From a virus (lineage: Duplodnaviria > Caudoviricetes): DNA of 57,918 bases. The notes under the pieces are model-generated. The model was not told where the DNA came from. It did not search any database and was given only the letters and a program-made list of their open reading frames with translations. The position numbers were made by a program, and so were the translations under genes. Location: positions 1 to 57,918 of the IMG/VR virus record IMGVR_UViG_3300026907_000064. The stretch is one strand, 5' to 3'. Positions 16,976-26,317 of the stretch are shown here, in pieces (the first letter of the stretch is position 1; every line of letters begins with the position of its first letter).

Positions 16976-18178
16976 TCAGATCCTCTCCAGTCCAACCAAC
17001 CCCGCCGACAGGTCGCCGGCCAATGCCGACGGCAATGCGTCAGGCTCCTCGCGCGCTGGCACCGCAACACGCTCCAATCCAGCTTTCCCTCCGCGCTCGC
17101 CGCCCGCACGCCGCTCCAGCCTCTGCACCTTCTTGTTCAGGGCGCGAATAGCCGCATGGTGCTGGCCGCTAACGCTGACCATGTCCAGACCGATGCCGCC
17201 AGGCGCAACCTGATCGCCGAACTGCGCCTGCATGTCTTCGGCGTAGGGGCCGGTATGGCGCCCGCCATCCGCCACACCGTCCTGGTACTTCCAGCTCTCC
17301 ACGGGCACCTTCGTCAGGCCTTCCAGGGCCGCGTCATCGTCCACCGGCGCACCGTCCTCCTTCAGCTCCTTGGACGAGAAGGCCATCGCCCCGGCCATCA
17401 GGCCGGTGCCGATCAACGAACCAAGCCCAGCCTGGCTGGACGAATTCGCCTGCTGCTGCATCTGCATCTGGCTCAAGCCCAGATTGCCCATGGAATTGAA
17501 GGCGCCGCTGGCGGTGCCCAGGAACCCCTGCGCGGTACCCGCCGCATTCCCCTGCGCAGTCTGGCTCCCCATGATCCCGGTGGCCGCATTTCCACCAGCC
17601 AGCGCGGCCTGGGATGCAGCGATCCCGGTACCCGTCTGGTTCCGCCCGAACCGCGCCGCGTTCTCGCGCAGGCTCATGCCCAGCAGCTTCGTGTTGTTGC
17701 GCTCCCCCGTCACCGCGCCGGCCGTCGCCAGCGCGCGCGCATTGGCCTGGTCGTTCATGGCGTCAGCGCCCAGGCTGCTGGTGGGCGAGACGCCCATGCG
17801 CGCCATTTCGCGCGACGTCTGGGCCTGGGCGTTGTCGAACTGGCGGCCGACAGTGGCGGCGGCCAGACCCTCGCGCCGCGCCACTTCCTCGGCGCTGTCA
17901 TAGTTCATGGCCTCGTCGGCCATCTTGTTTTCGATCGGCTGGAAGACGTCCTTGTATTGCTGCCACTGGTCATCACCACGCGCGGCGTTCTTCTGGCTCT
18001 CGGCCGCCGCGGAGTTCAGAAGCTGCTTGTAGGTCGGCGCAAACTCCTCCGTCAGCTTCTGGTTCCAGTCGAAATTTCGCTCGGCCAGGTCTTGCGCGCG
18101 CATGCCCAGCTGCGCGTTCGCTTCCTGCGCCCGGCCGACGGCCGGATCCTGCTTCACTTCCGTGGACATGCAGCCCAT
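16976..18178 (-). CDS. Ejection (DNA pilot-like) protein with a C-terminal S74-like chaperone/autocleavage domain
   Basis: A/Q/G-rich helical body. Hydrophobic GLGSLIGTGLMAGAMAF, then SSKELKED...WKY...GPYAED...DMVS...AIRAL. Starts MGC. Confidence 0.7.
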   Translation of the reverse strand: MGCMSTEVKQDPAVGRAQEANAQLGMRAQDLAERNFDWNQKLTEEFAPTYKQLLNSAAAESQKNAARGDDQWQQYKDVFQPIENKMADEAMNYDSAEEVARREGLAAATVGRQFDNAQAQTSREMARMGVSPTSSLGADAMNDQANARALATAGAVTGERNNTKLLGMSLRENAARFGRNQTGTGIAASQAALAGGNAATGIMGSQTAQGNAAGTAQGFLGTASGAFNSMGNLGLSQMQMQQQANSSSQAGLGSLIGTGLMAGAMAFSSKELKEDGAPVDDDAALEGLTKVPVESWKYQDGVADGGRHTGPYAEDMQAQFGDQVAPGGIGLDMVSVSGQHHAAIRALNKKVQRLERRAGGERGGKAGLERVAVPAREEPDALPSALAGDLSAGLVGLERI

Positions 18179-18179
18179 G

Positions 18180-18653
18180 TCAGTCCCCTCGCGTGGCCAT
18201 CTCGGCCTCCAGGTTGGTCAAGTACTCGGGATAGGGCTCGGCAAGCTGGCGCAGCTCGACGCCCACCTGGCGCGCCCAGGCCTGGCCGCCCACCAGCAGC
18301 GCGCTGTGCGTCACCAGGTCAACGTAGGAGGCGCGAAGCACGTAGGCGGTGCGCTTGGCGGGCACACCACCGCCGCGCTCCAGCTCGGTCGCTATCTGCC
18401 AGTTCGTGATGGCGTTCGCCAGCACGGCGTTCAGATCGGCGAAATGCGCGCGGTAGAACGCGTTGCGCGGCAGCAGGACCAGCGCCTGAAACATGGCACC
18501 ATGCACGTCGGCGTCACCGACCACGTTGTCCCGGTCGACCAGGTCGTCGTAGAAGTGCGCCACCTGGAACATGCCGCGCAAGAACTCGACGGCGGCCTCA
18601 TTGCCGCGCATCCAGCGCAGCGCGGTGTCCTGCGAAAAAAAAGGCGCGCTCAT
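18180..18653 (-). CDS. All-alpha protein with a DDxxD motif (isoprenoid synthase-like fold?)
   Basis: VAHFYDDLVDRD motif, predicted helical, immediately upstream of the ejection genes. Confidence 0.6.
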   Translation of the reverse strand: MSAPFFSQDTALRWMRGNEAAVEFLRGMFQVAHFYDDLVDRDNVVGDADVHGAMFQALVLLPRNAFYRAHFADLNAVLANAITNWQIATELERGGGVPAKRTAYVLRASYVDLVTHSALLVGGQAWARQVGVELRQLAEPYPEYLTNLEAEMATRGD

Positions 18654-18973
18654 CGGCGCGCTTTCTTGGGAGTGGAACGGGGCTGACGTGGCCGCGCGAG
18701 CGGCGCAGGCGCGGGCTCATCCCGTCTGGCATATGCGGAGTCGATGCACGGATCAAAGCCGGTTGGTGCCGGCGCCGCGTCGCCGGCTTCCGAGACCAGA
18801 GGCCGATCCTCCTCGTCGCCCGCGTCAGGAGAGCGCGCAACAGTTTCGGCGCGAGCGGCATCCACTGCTTGTTGCGCTACCTGCATCACAGTCATGATCA
18901 GACCATAGGCGAGTTCCTGCGTCAGGCGGTTCCCCACATTGGAGAGAATGGCACTTTCAATTTGCTGTTGCAT
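18650..18973 (-). CDS. Hypothetical protein (107 aa)
   Basis: AAGGA RBS. The stop overlaps the next start (ATGA). Confidence 0.7.
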   Translation of the reverse strand: MQQQIESAILSNVGNRLTQELAYGLIMTVMQVAQQAVDAARAETVARSPDAGDEEDRPLVSEAGDAAPAPTGFDPCIDSAYARRDEPAPAPLARPRQPRSTPKKARR

Positions 18974-18995
18974 CACGGTCCTTGTAGAGGGGTGG

Positions 18996-19646
18996 TCAGA
19001 GGATTCCCGCCACGTCGATGATCGAAACGTGACAAGTCGGCTCGTAGCTGATGAAGTTGTTGGCGTTGGTTGGGCTCCAGCCAAAGATCGGACTGAAGCG
19101 GTCGGTGAAGCGAGCGAAGAAGCCGTTGGCCGTTGGCAGAATCCCCTCGGGTCGGATGAAGCACTGCCAACCGCCGCCGGCGACCGGATAGGAGTCATAG
19201 CCGCGGCGGACGAAAGCCACGTTGTATGCGTACTTGCCTGAGACCAAGCCGTTGTAGGTCCAACCATCGCGATAGGCCTGACGGTATGCGGCGTAGTAGT
19301 TACCGATGACCACGCTACCGATGACGTTCAGAGGACGCTGTGCAGCCGTGAAAATCTGGGCGGCGCCTTCATTGAAGACATCGAGATAGCTAGATTCCAC
19401 AGGCCTGTCGAAGACGTAATACTCCGCCGAAACCGGGCCAACTCCCAACGAAAGCACCCCATCCTTGTGAACAGCCGTCACGAACTGTGGCTCACTCCCA
19501 ATAGGCCGAAAGAACACGACAGGATCTGATGCTGCGAGAGACACGGAGCCGTTCATCACCCCTGCGTGCCGCAGGAACATCGTGATGCTCGGTCCATCCA
19601 CAATCAGCTCGCTAAAGGCGTTCCACACCTGCATCCCGGCGGCCAT
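18996..19646 (-). CDS. Tail-tip-associated protein (variable receptor module)
   Basis: AGMQVWN and LDVFNEG repeats typical of proteins downstream of tip/fibre genes. Lower GC. Confidence 0.6.
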   Translation of the reverse strand: MAAGMQVWNAFSELIVDGPSITMFLRHAGVMNGSVSLAASDPVVFFRPIGSEPQFVTAVHKDGVLSLGVGPVSAEYYVFDRPVESSYLDVFNEGAAQIFTAAQRPLNVIGSVVIGNYYAAYRQAYRDGWTYNGLVSGKYAYNVAFVRRGYDSYPVAGGGWQCFIRPEGILPTANGFFARFTDRFSPIFGWSPTNANNFISYEPTCHVSIIDVAGIL

Positions 19647-19936
19647 CAGCGCACCCCGTAAACGATCTTGACGGGCCTGCGATCGCCTGGCACGCCAGCA
19701 ATAAAGCTCCAGGAAATCGTCGTGCCGCTCAGGTTGATGACCGGCGTACTCTGAATCGCTCCGCCTTCGCCTGGCGACAGAGTGGCGATCCAGGCCACGC
19801 CCTGCGCAAGCTCCGGAATGGTGACCGCCCCGTTGGAGGTCCCCGTGTTCACGCTCCCGAGCTGGCGCCCTATCCGGCTGGTGTACGACACCAGCGTTGC
19901 TCCCGAGGGGCCGTAGGTTTCAAGACCCGCTGGCAT
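19646..19936 (-). CDS. Small tail-tip-associated protein
   Basis: MPAGLETYG...TISWS...IVYGVR pattern, coupled to its neighbours. Confidence 0.65.
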   Translation of the reverse strand: MPAGLETYGPSGATLVSYTSRIGRQLGSVNTGTSNGAVTIPELAQGVAWIATLSPGEGGAIQSTPVINLSGTTISWSFIAGVPGDRRPVKIVYGVR

Positions 19937-21105
19937 TACCAGATCCCCAGCCGCACACGCAGCACATTGTTGCCGTCGAACACCAGCAGCAAGTTGTCGC
20001 GAATTTCTAGCCGTGCTCCCGTGGCCGCAGTCCGCAGCAACCCGATCGTGGCCGTGATGGCAGACAGCGATGTCACGTTGAGCTTGTCCGCCGTCACTGA
20101 GTTGCCGGCCAGGCGCGCAACGTTCAGGTATCCCGCGGTGATCTTCTCCGCATTCAGGTTGGCGATATGCCCGTCCTGCACTGCGGCGAACTGAATATTG
20201 GCCGACTTCACGTAGGCGTCTGTGATGATGGCCAGCCGCGCAGACAACGACGCGACCGTCAACCGGTCCGCGTTGAGGCTATTGACCGCGATGCGATCGC
20301 CGCTCATCTCACCGAAGGTGATCTTCGCCGCGGACAGGTTGGCCACCTTGGCATCCGTGATGACGGCGTTGCCTAGCTGCAGCGTCCCAATCGAGCCGTT
20401 CGCGACGTAAAGATTCCGGATGTAGATCCCCGGCGGCACGGGCACGCCGTTGATGACGGTGGGCTCATGGACCTCGTACAGCAACGCCTTTGGGTCGCCG
20501 GCCGCCGACAGCACGTCTATCAGGTAGCTGGGGTCCAGCGACACCGTGCCTTCCTGGCCGCCCACGGCGTTGAACGGGCCAACCTTCCCGCCGCCGGAGA
20601 TGTACCGGATCCAGTAGAAATAGGTCACCCCACCGGCGCCGCCGACCGGGTCCGCGTAGACCCAGCCCGTGGTCTGGCCTACGTTCACGGCCTGCGCCAC
20701 ATTGTTATTGGTGCTGCGGAAAATCTCGGCATAGCCGAAATAGGCAAAGTTCGGCTTGTCCCACTCCAAGATGACAGTGCCCAGTCCGGGCGTCACCTTG
20801 AGGCCCGTTGGCGCCGGCGGGATACCGTCCACCACGGGCGGCAGCGAAGGCTGGAACTGGCCGCCAGGGTTCTTCACCAGGATGGTCTTGCCGGTCGTGC
20901 CAAGCATCGTGACGATGCCATTCTCGACAAGGTCGCCCCAGGTCACCGCACGGTCCACCGCCTGGCCGCCCTTCCCGAAGCGCGTCTGCAGAATCTGCCG
21001 GACCTGCTCCATGGCCCGCGTCGCGGCCACGTTGTCCGGAAAGCGCGCGCTATCCACCGCGGGTAGCTCCGCGTAGCGAAGGCCCGTTACAGAGGAAGTC
21101 GCCAT
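19936..21105 (-). CDS. Tail spike/host-specificity protein (FN3 domain + J-like C-terminus)
   Basis: PPAPTGL...LEWD...YFYWIRY (FN3), short A-K-I beta repeats, and a C-terminal LVFDGNNVLRVRLGIW. Confidence 0.75.
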   Translation of the reverse strand: MATSSVTGLRYAELPAVDSARFPDNVAATRAMEQVRQILQTRFGKGGQAVDRAVTWGDLVENGIVTMLGTTGKTILVKNPGGQFQPSLPPVVDGIPPAPTGLKVTPGLGTVILEWDKPNFAYFGYAEIFRSTNNNVAQAVNVGQTTGWVYADPVGGAGGVTYFYWIRYISGGGKVGPFNAVGGQEGTVSLDPSYLIDVLSAAGDPKALLYEVHEPTVINGVPVPPGIYIRNLYVANGSIGTLQLGNAVITDAKVANLSAAKITFGEMSGDRIAVNSLNADRLTVASLSARLAIITDAYVKSANIQFAAVQDGHIANLNAEKITAGYLNVARLAGNSVTADKLNVTSLSAITATIGLLRTAATGARLEIRDNLLLVFDGNNVLRVRLGIW

Positions 21106-21107
21106 CG

Positions 21108-22763
21108 TCAGGCCGCCGTCACGTTGCCCAAGGTGGACGCCACCGTCACTTCCGTGACCGCTGCAGCCCCACTGACGGAATACTCGAACTGCCGCGCCCG
21201 GTAGTTCCCAGGCAGACGGAATGGGCGGCCGTTCAGCGCCTGCGCCGAAACACGCACCTCCCGCGGACCCGTCGACGATTCGATAACCGCCGTCAGTTCA
21301 AACTGCACCGGGTAGGCGTCGGCAATGACTTGCGCCGCGCCGATGTTCTGTGGCCGCTCGAGGATGTAGCGTTTGCTCAGATGCCGCATCGCCAGGCGAG
21401 CGCCGGCCCCCTCCCACTTGTGCACGGTGGTCCCGCCCAGCACCAGGAAAAGCTCGTCGCGGCGTCCGTCCGAGAAGCTGGCCGTGGCGTGCACGTCCGT
21501 CCGCGTCAGACTCATTGCGCCGCTGGTAAGGTCGAAGATCAGCCCGCCGCGCGCGGCGCCGGTGTCGTACCAGCAGAAATATCGGTTGTCGTGGACAGCG
21601 GCATGCATCGACTCGGGCCGGTACGCCTGCCACTGTTCGCGCGTCAGCAGCGCCTCTGTCACCAGCGACAAGCCGCCGGTCGGGTCCACCATGGCCAGGC
21701 CGTCAGGGGATGCATAGACCACACCTCCCTTAAACGGTTTGATGGTGCGCTTCGCCACGCAGGGCTGGTGGCCTTCAAGGCGCACAGGCGTCAACATCAC
21801 CGGATCGGCCTGGGTGGCGAGATAGGTGTCGCCCTTGGTGCATATGACCGTGGCCTGACCCATGATCGCGCCACCCACGATTTCATCGGCCACAGGCGAA
21901 AAGTAGGGCCAGCCGTAGGGCTTGAAGACCTCCGACCGGCACACGCGCTTGCCGGAGAATCCAACCATGAACCCTGCCGGGTGCGCCATCAGGCCGAATA
22001 AGTCCGCCGGTGGTGGCACCAGGGAGCGCTCCGGCAGCGCTTCGCCCAGCAGGGTGAAATCGACCTTGTCGTTGAAGGCCACGGCGCCGGCCGGAATCTC
22101 CTTCCAGAGGCGCAGCACTGCAGTCCCGGCCGCGTCCGTAGTGGACAGGTACAGCCGTTTGAGCTGGATGTTGTACTCGCCCGTGGGCGGACCCTGCAGG
22201 TTGAATACGTTGATAGTGTCGCCCGTGGCAGCATCAAACGAGTCCGTCACCTCATTCGGCGGCCCTTCTTCGCCCCAGGCAGAAACGAAGGTGTACGCCA
22301 GCAGGCAGGCTTGCCGCTCGAGGTTCGCTGGGGGGTTCGGCTGGGACGTCACGATCACGGCGGCCGGCGCGGTTGCGGCGGGAATTCCTAGGCGATACCA
22401 GGCGGACGGCATCTGCGCGCCCGCGGTCGCCATAGTCGAATCCGTCACCCGCGGCGGCTGGCCGGCCTCGGTAAAGTAGGTGCGCTCCTGCGTGTCATCC
22501 GGAATCGGCCCGCGGGCCACGTCCGTGTCCTGCCTCCAGTGGAACCAGAACCGGGAATCGTCATCCAGGCTGCGACCGAATCGGTAGATCGCCAGAATCG
22601 GCGCAGCCTTCGCCAGCGTCGCGACCTGGGCCGGCGCCCGGCGCGGCACCAGTGAGCCGCGCACGACATTGACATTCAGCATGTCCTGGCTGGCGCCCGG
22701 CGGCAGCAGGTGCGGCTCCACCCTCGGCAGCATGCCGGAGAACGCCTTGACAGCTTCCCTCAT
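21108..22763 (-). CDS. Tail nozzle/tubular protein (P22 gp10-like position)
   Basis: 551-aa beta-rich protein with FSGMLPR, YTFVSAWGEEGPP and YASPDGL motifs. Confidence 0.65.
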   Translation of the reverse strand: MREAVKAFSGMLPRVEPHLLPPGASQDMLNVNVVRGSLVPRRAPAQVATLAKAAPILAIYRFGRSLDDDSRFWFHWRQDTDVARGPIPDDTQERTYFTEAGQPPRVTDSTMATAGAQMPSAWYRLGIPAATAPAAVIVTSQPNPPANLERQACLLAYTFVSAWGEEGPPNEVTDSFDAATGDTINVFNLQGPPTGEYNIQLKRLYLSTTDAAGTAVLRLWKEIPAGAVAFNDKVDFTLLGEALPERSLVPPPADLFGLMAHPAGFMVGFSGKRVCRSEVFKPYGWPYFSPVADEIVGGAIMGQATVICTKGDTYLATQADPVMLTPVRLEGHQPCVAKRTIKPFKGGVVYASPDGLAMVDPTGGLSLVTEALLTREQWQAYRPESMHAAVHDNRYFCWYDTGAARGGLIFDLTSGAMSLTRTDVHATASFSDGRRDELFLVLGGTTVHKWEGAGARLAMRHLSKRYILERPQNIGAAQVIADAYPVQFELTAVIESSTGPREVRVSAQALNGRPFRLPGNYRARQFEYSVSGAAAVTEVTVASTLGNVTAA

Positions 22764-22765
22764 GC

Positions 22766-23077
22766 CTACCTCGCGCGCGCTGCCGGCTTGCCAATCGCCG
22801 CGACGTTGCCGCGGGCACGGAACACCAGGATCGCCAGCAAGACGGCCAGGCCCAGCTGCCAGGCCGACACCGTGCTGTGGCGCACGGCGACGTCCAGGGC
22901 CTGCCCACCCGTGAAGACGAACATCAGGTAGGCGACCACCGCCATGCCCGGCCGGTAGCGCGCGCCGCGTCGGCGATAGCAGGCCAACCGCAAGGCCGTG
23001 GCGAAATTGGCGACCACAAAAAGAAGGGCCACCAAATGGTGGCCCGTGATGGCGCTGCTCAGGTCCGCTGGTTGCAT
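22766..23077 (-). CDS. Putative holin (3 TM)
   Basis: Three hydrophobic segments, YRRRGARYR and a C-terminal RARGNVA motif. Confidence 0.75.
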   Translation of the reverse strand: MQPADLSSAITGHHLVALLFVVANFATALRLACYRRRGARYRPGMAVVAYLMFVFTGGQALDVAVRHSTVSAWQLGLAVLLAILVFRARGNVAAIGKPAARAR

Positions 23078-23078
23078 G

Positions 23079-23426
23079 TCAGCCTCCCCTCTTCCAGAAC
23101 GTCAAATCGCCGGCTTTGATCTTCTCGATCAATGTCAGGGCCAGGGTAACGGCCACGGCGGCCACGCCGAACCCCGTAACAACGGTTTCACGAATGCCGA
23201 CCAGGCTCCCAAGTTCCGGCGCGGCGAAGTAGCCGATCAACCAGGACACCAAGCCGTACACCAGGCGTTTTGCAACACCCAGCTCGTTGTTGTGCAGGAT
23301 AAAGACCGCGGCGCCGGCGAATGCTCCGATGAGCGCACCGCCGTCCACCCCAGGCAGCATGGCCCCGAATAGGATCCCTGACGCCGTGGTCGCGGCCGCG
23401 CTTATTCCGCTGGTAGGTTCAGCCAT
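23079..23426 (-). CDS. Putative holin/antiholin
   Basis: MAEPTS...LIGAFAGAAVF pattern with several TM segments, adjacent to the second holin. Confidence 0.75.
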   Translation of the reverse strand: MAEPTSGISAAATTASGILFGAMLPGVDGGALIGAFAGAAVFILHNNELGVAKRLVYGLVSWLIGYFAAPELGSLVGIRETVVTGFGVAAVAVTLALTLIEKIKAGDLTFWKRGG

Positions 23427-23461
23427 TTTTTCTCCGGTGTGGTGGGCGAACGCCCTAGGTT

Positions 23462-23872
23462 CTAGATAATCTTCGCGGCGCTGATGAACAGCTGATCGAG
23501 ATAGGCATCGTCCCATCCCATCACGCTGGCCATGTATGCGATCGTCGGGCTGCGGCGCTCCCACGTGATCGCCCGCTGATAGGCAAGGCGGTACAGCATC
23601 GGCGTCGCTACGTCATTAAAGTGAGCTTCCACCACGGCCAGGTGACCGGCCGCGTCAAGGGCCGCCAGCCCTTGGAAGGGTGTGACGGAGGTGGGCACCG
23701 CAACTGAAGGAGCTTCCGGCGGTGGCATTTCGCCCGGCACCAAAGTCAGCGGGACATCCAGCTTTTCGCCATGCGGCGCGTAGAACTCGCGCCCAGCCGC
23801 GGATAGCTCGACTCGTACGTCGTCTTCGAACTGCCAGTAGCTGCCCGCCTCAGGATCTTTAAAGCTCTGCAT
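23462..23872 (-). CDS. Tail fibre assembly/chaperone-like protein
   Basis: VPTSVTPFQG..AL...WERRSP...LDQLFISAAKI, directly after the fibre gene. Confidence 0.6.
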   Translation of the reverse strand: MQSFKDPEAGSYWQFEDDVRVELSAAGREFYAPHGEKLDVPLTLVPGEMPPPEAPSVAVPTSVTPFQGLAALDAAGHLAVVEAHFNDVATPMLYRLAYQRAITWERRSPTIAYMASVMGWDDAYLDQLFISAAKII

Positions 23873-24804
23873 TACCGGTACTCCATCCAGGTGACGGTGT
23901 CGATGTTGTAGGCCACAACCGCGTAGTTTTGACCAGTGGGGACAATGGCGGACGCACCCACTCCGGCGCCCGTCATTGCTGCCGCCCAAGCCGGCCGAGT
24001 CAAGATGCGACCTTGTGACAGAATCTGAAAGTTCGCTATGTCACCGGTCGTCACCCCTGCGACCGCAACCTGGATGGGACGGCCAGTGGAATTGACGTAG
24101 AGCGTGCCATTGGGATTGCGGCTGCCGGTCACGTCGACGAGAGACTGGTTGATCCCAAACGCCGTATTGATGATGCTCAGCAGGTTGACGATCTGCGCTT
24201 CGTTTGCCGTCTTAATCCACGCTCCGAACGAACCGTTGACGGTGGATCGCCAGTAGACCTCCGAGTCCAGCGTCACGTACGTCTGGAAAGCCGTTACTGC
24301 GACCACCCCTCCTTTCTTCACGATGAGCGTACCCGCCTTGCCGACTGGGTACCCGGTGCCGGCTGTGGCGCCAACATTCGTGTCCTGCCACCACGTGCCA
24401 TCCTCTGTGAGCAAGTCCAAGTTGCTGCCCGAAGCAGAAAGGCGGATGGGCGTGCCGTGTAGCTGGTATGCGCCCTTAGAACTCGCCCACTCGGCCATCC
24501 CCTTGCCGTTCAACCACACGGCGCCGATGTCGCTGGAGGGAATCTCGTTCACGTTATAGGGATGGATCGATCGCCGTAGCAGTCGCCTTTCCTCTGCCCA
24601 GCCGGTATTCGCTGCATTGCGGCGCTTCAACCATCCCGTGCCCGTATCCGCCCAGCTCATATTGGGCAGCAGATTGGCGCCTGCCACCGCCGCCGGGTCA
24701 GTCGCACCAGAGAAGTCTGTTGCCACGGTGACGAAGTTGTCATCGACTTCATCGGCGGTCAGCAACCGCGCCAGCATTCGGCGAAGAGTAAGCTTTTGCG
24801 CCAT
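23872..24804 (-). CDS. Short tail fibre with a pyocin-knob-like domain
   Basis: LTADEVDDNF N-terminus, NLDLLTEDGTW...YPVGKAGTL...FQTY...YWRS...W knob, and YVNSTGRPIQV C-terminus. Confidence 0.72.
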   Translation of the reverse strand: MAQKLTLRRMLARLLTADEVDDNFVTVATDFSGATDPAAVAGANLLPNMSWADTGTGWLKRRNAANTGWAEERRLLRRSIHPYNVNEIPSSDIGAVWLNGKGMAEWASSKGAYQLHGTPIRLSASGSNLDLLTEDGTWWQDTNVGATAGTGYPVGKAGTLIVKKGGVVAVTAFQTYVTLDSEVYWRSTVNGSFGAWIKTANEAQIVNLLSIINTAFGINQSLVDVTGSRNPNGTLYVNSTGRPIQVAVAGVTTGDIANFQILSQGRILTRPAWAAAMTGAGVGASAIVPTGQNYAVVAYNIDTVTWMEYR

Positions 24805-24805
24805 A

Positions 24806-25270
24806 TCAGCCTCGCACGTGCCGAAGGGTCCAGTTGACCGTGAACACGTCCTCCGGATCCTTGGTCTTCGTCCCGAACGCCGTCCGGTTCGTCATCAGCC
24901 CACTCGAGGCAGCATTGAACAATCCGGCCTCCCGCCACTCTCCAGTCGCCACGCCCGCGCCAAAAACTGCTGTGTAGGTACGCTGCGCACCGGGACCGGC
25001 GATGGTCACAGCCTGCCTCGAGCCGGCAATCTCCGCGCCCAGCGCAAGGTCGGTACCGCCGGCGGGCGCCGCGGATCTGCCCGCCGCCATATGGGAAATC
25101 GGGGGAACAGCCTCGCCCGCACACCGGGCGGCGATGTAGCCCAGGCCACCATCGACCCAAATGTTGTCCACGATGAAGCGTTCCACAACGCCGGTTTTGC
25201 CGCGATGGGCAATAATTTCGAGACGACCAAGCGCGCCGGCCACGCTTCGCTGCTGAGCCTGATCTTTCAT
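24806..25270 (-). CDS. Virion structural protein
   Basis: EAGLFNAASSG.M..RT.F...K motif, within the tail cluster. Confidence 0.6.
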   Translation of the reverse strand: MKDQAQQRSVAGALGRLEIIAHRGKTGVVERFIVDNIWVDGGLGYIAARCAGEAVPPISHMAAGRSAAPAGGTDLALGAEIAGSRQAVTIAGPGAQRTYTAVFGAGVATGEWREAGLFNAASSGLMTNRTAFGTKTKDPEDVFTVNWTLRHVRG

Positions 25271-25282
25271 AGGTCTTGTTTC

Positions 25283-25939
25283 CTAAAAAGTGATGAGTTC
25301 GCCGACGTATGGGCTTTCAACGTAGCCCGTGGCGTAGGTCTGCTTATGAAGGGATACATCGTCCGCCGCCGCGGAGCTGTCCAGGAATGACCTGGATAGA
25401 CGCAATGCCAAAGGGTCCACTGCCGCGGCCGCGTCGCGCAGCTCGACCTGCACCGTTGCTGTGAGGGAATCGATGCTCACGCCCGTATCCACCTGGGGGT
25501 AGCCGAAGACGACACTCTCCAGGGCCGTTGCGGAAGACAGCACCGAAGCGGCGCTGCCGACGGAAAACGCCTCCACAGCACCCGCCGCGTCCAGCCACGC
25601 GACCATCTGGCCCAAGGCGATGGAATCCTGCGCTGAGGCCAGGTCGGTCAACAGCGCTGTCCGGATCAGAGAGAACACCTCTTGCGCTGCAGCCGCATCA
25701 AGCAGCACCGGACTCATGCCGCGAGCGTCCAGCGACGCCTGAACCTGCACTGCCACCCATTGCGGCAGGGCCTGCATGAATGCACTCAGCAGGAAAGGCC
25801 CTCCCACATACATGGGCTGCACGTAGCCGTCGGCATAGGATTGCCGGAAGTCGATGCCGGGCACTTCGACGCGGGCGGTTGCCCGCACGATTTCCCGTTC
25901 GACGTGCACCCCGCCCGTGGATTTCTTAGAACTGGTCAC
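25283..25939 (-). CDS. Hypothetical structural protein with D/A-spaced repeats
   Basis: Coupled ORF in the late operon with repeated D.A.A.D units. Confidence 0.6.
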   Translation of the reverse strand: MTSSKKSTGGVHVEREIVRATARVEVPGIDFRQSYADGYVQPMYVGGPFLLSAFMQALPQWVAVQVQASLDARGMSPVLLDAAAAQEVFSLIRTALLTDLASAQDSIALGQMVAWLDAAGAVEAFSVGSAASVLSSATALESVVFGYPQVDTGVSIDSLTATVQVELRDAAAAVDPLALRLSRSFLDSSAAADDVSLHKQTYATGYVESPYVGELITF

Positions 25940-26315
25940 GAACCTGGAATTTCAGGATGCCGAAGGCGGTCTGAATGCGGCCGTCAGGAAACCGCGTTTC
26001 GACCTCGGCCTCAAACTCGCCTGCCGTGTCCAGCGCGGTCTGCGACCACTGCATCACCACGCGCCCGCCCCGGCCAGGTTCTGTGTAAGGCGGCGTGAAT
26101 TCAATTTCCTGCGTCTCCGGGTTCTGGTACCCCGCGATGGGAAATGCGCTCATCGTCGCCTTCACCTGCTCGCCTCCAACTTCGCGGAACAGGACGCGCA
26201 CTGCGGTACCCGCGCCGGACACGTCAATCGGCAGGCCGGTCCGCTCGTCCGTAAGCGACAGGATGAGGTCGGGCGCGGTGTCGCCCTGCACCAGTCGAAT
26301 CTTGGTCGCAGCCAT
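25926..26315 (-). CDS. BppU-N-like structural protein
   Basis: IRLVQGDT.P...GEFEAEVE..FPDG.IQT motif. Confidence 0.6.
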   Translation of the reverse strand: MAATKIRLVQGDTAPDLILSLTDERTGLPIDVSGAGTAVRVLFREVGGEQVKATMSAFPIAGYQNPETQEIEFTPPYTEPGRGGRVVMQWSQTALDTAGEFEAEVETRFPDGRIQTAFGILKFQVRDQF

Positions 26316-26317
26316 GG

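Noticed and set aside
18996-24804. Diversity-generating retroelement or invertible tail-fibre switch
   Set aside because: I saw no reverse transcriptase, no TR/VR pair, no invertase and no inverted fibre cassettes.
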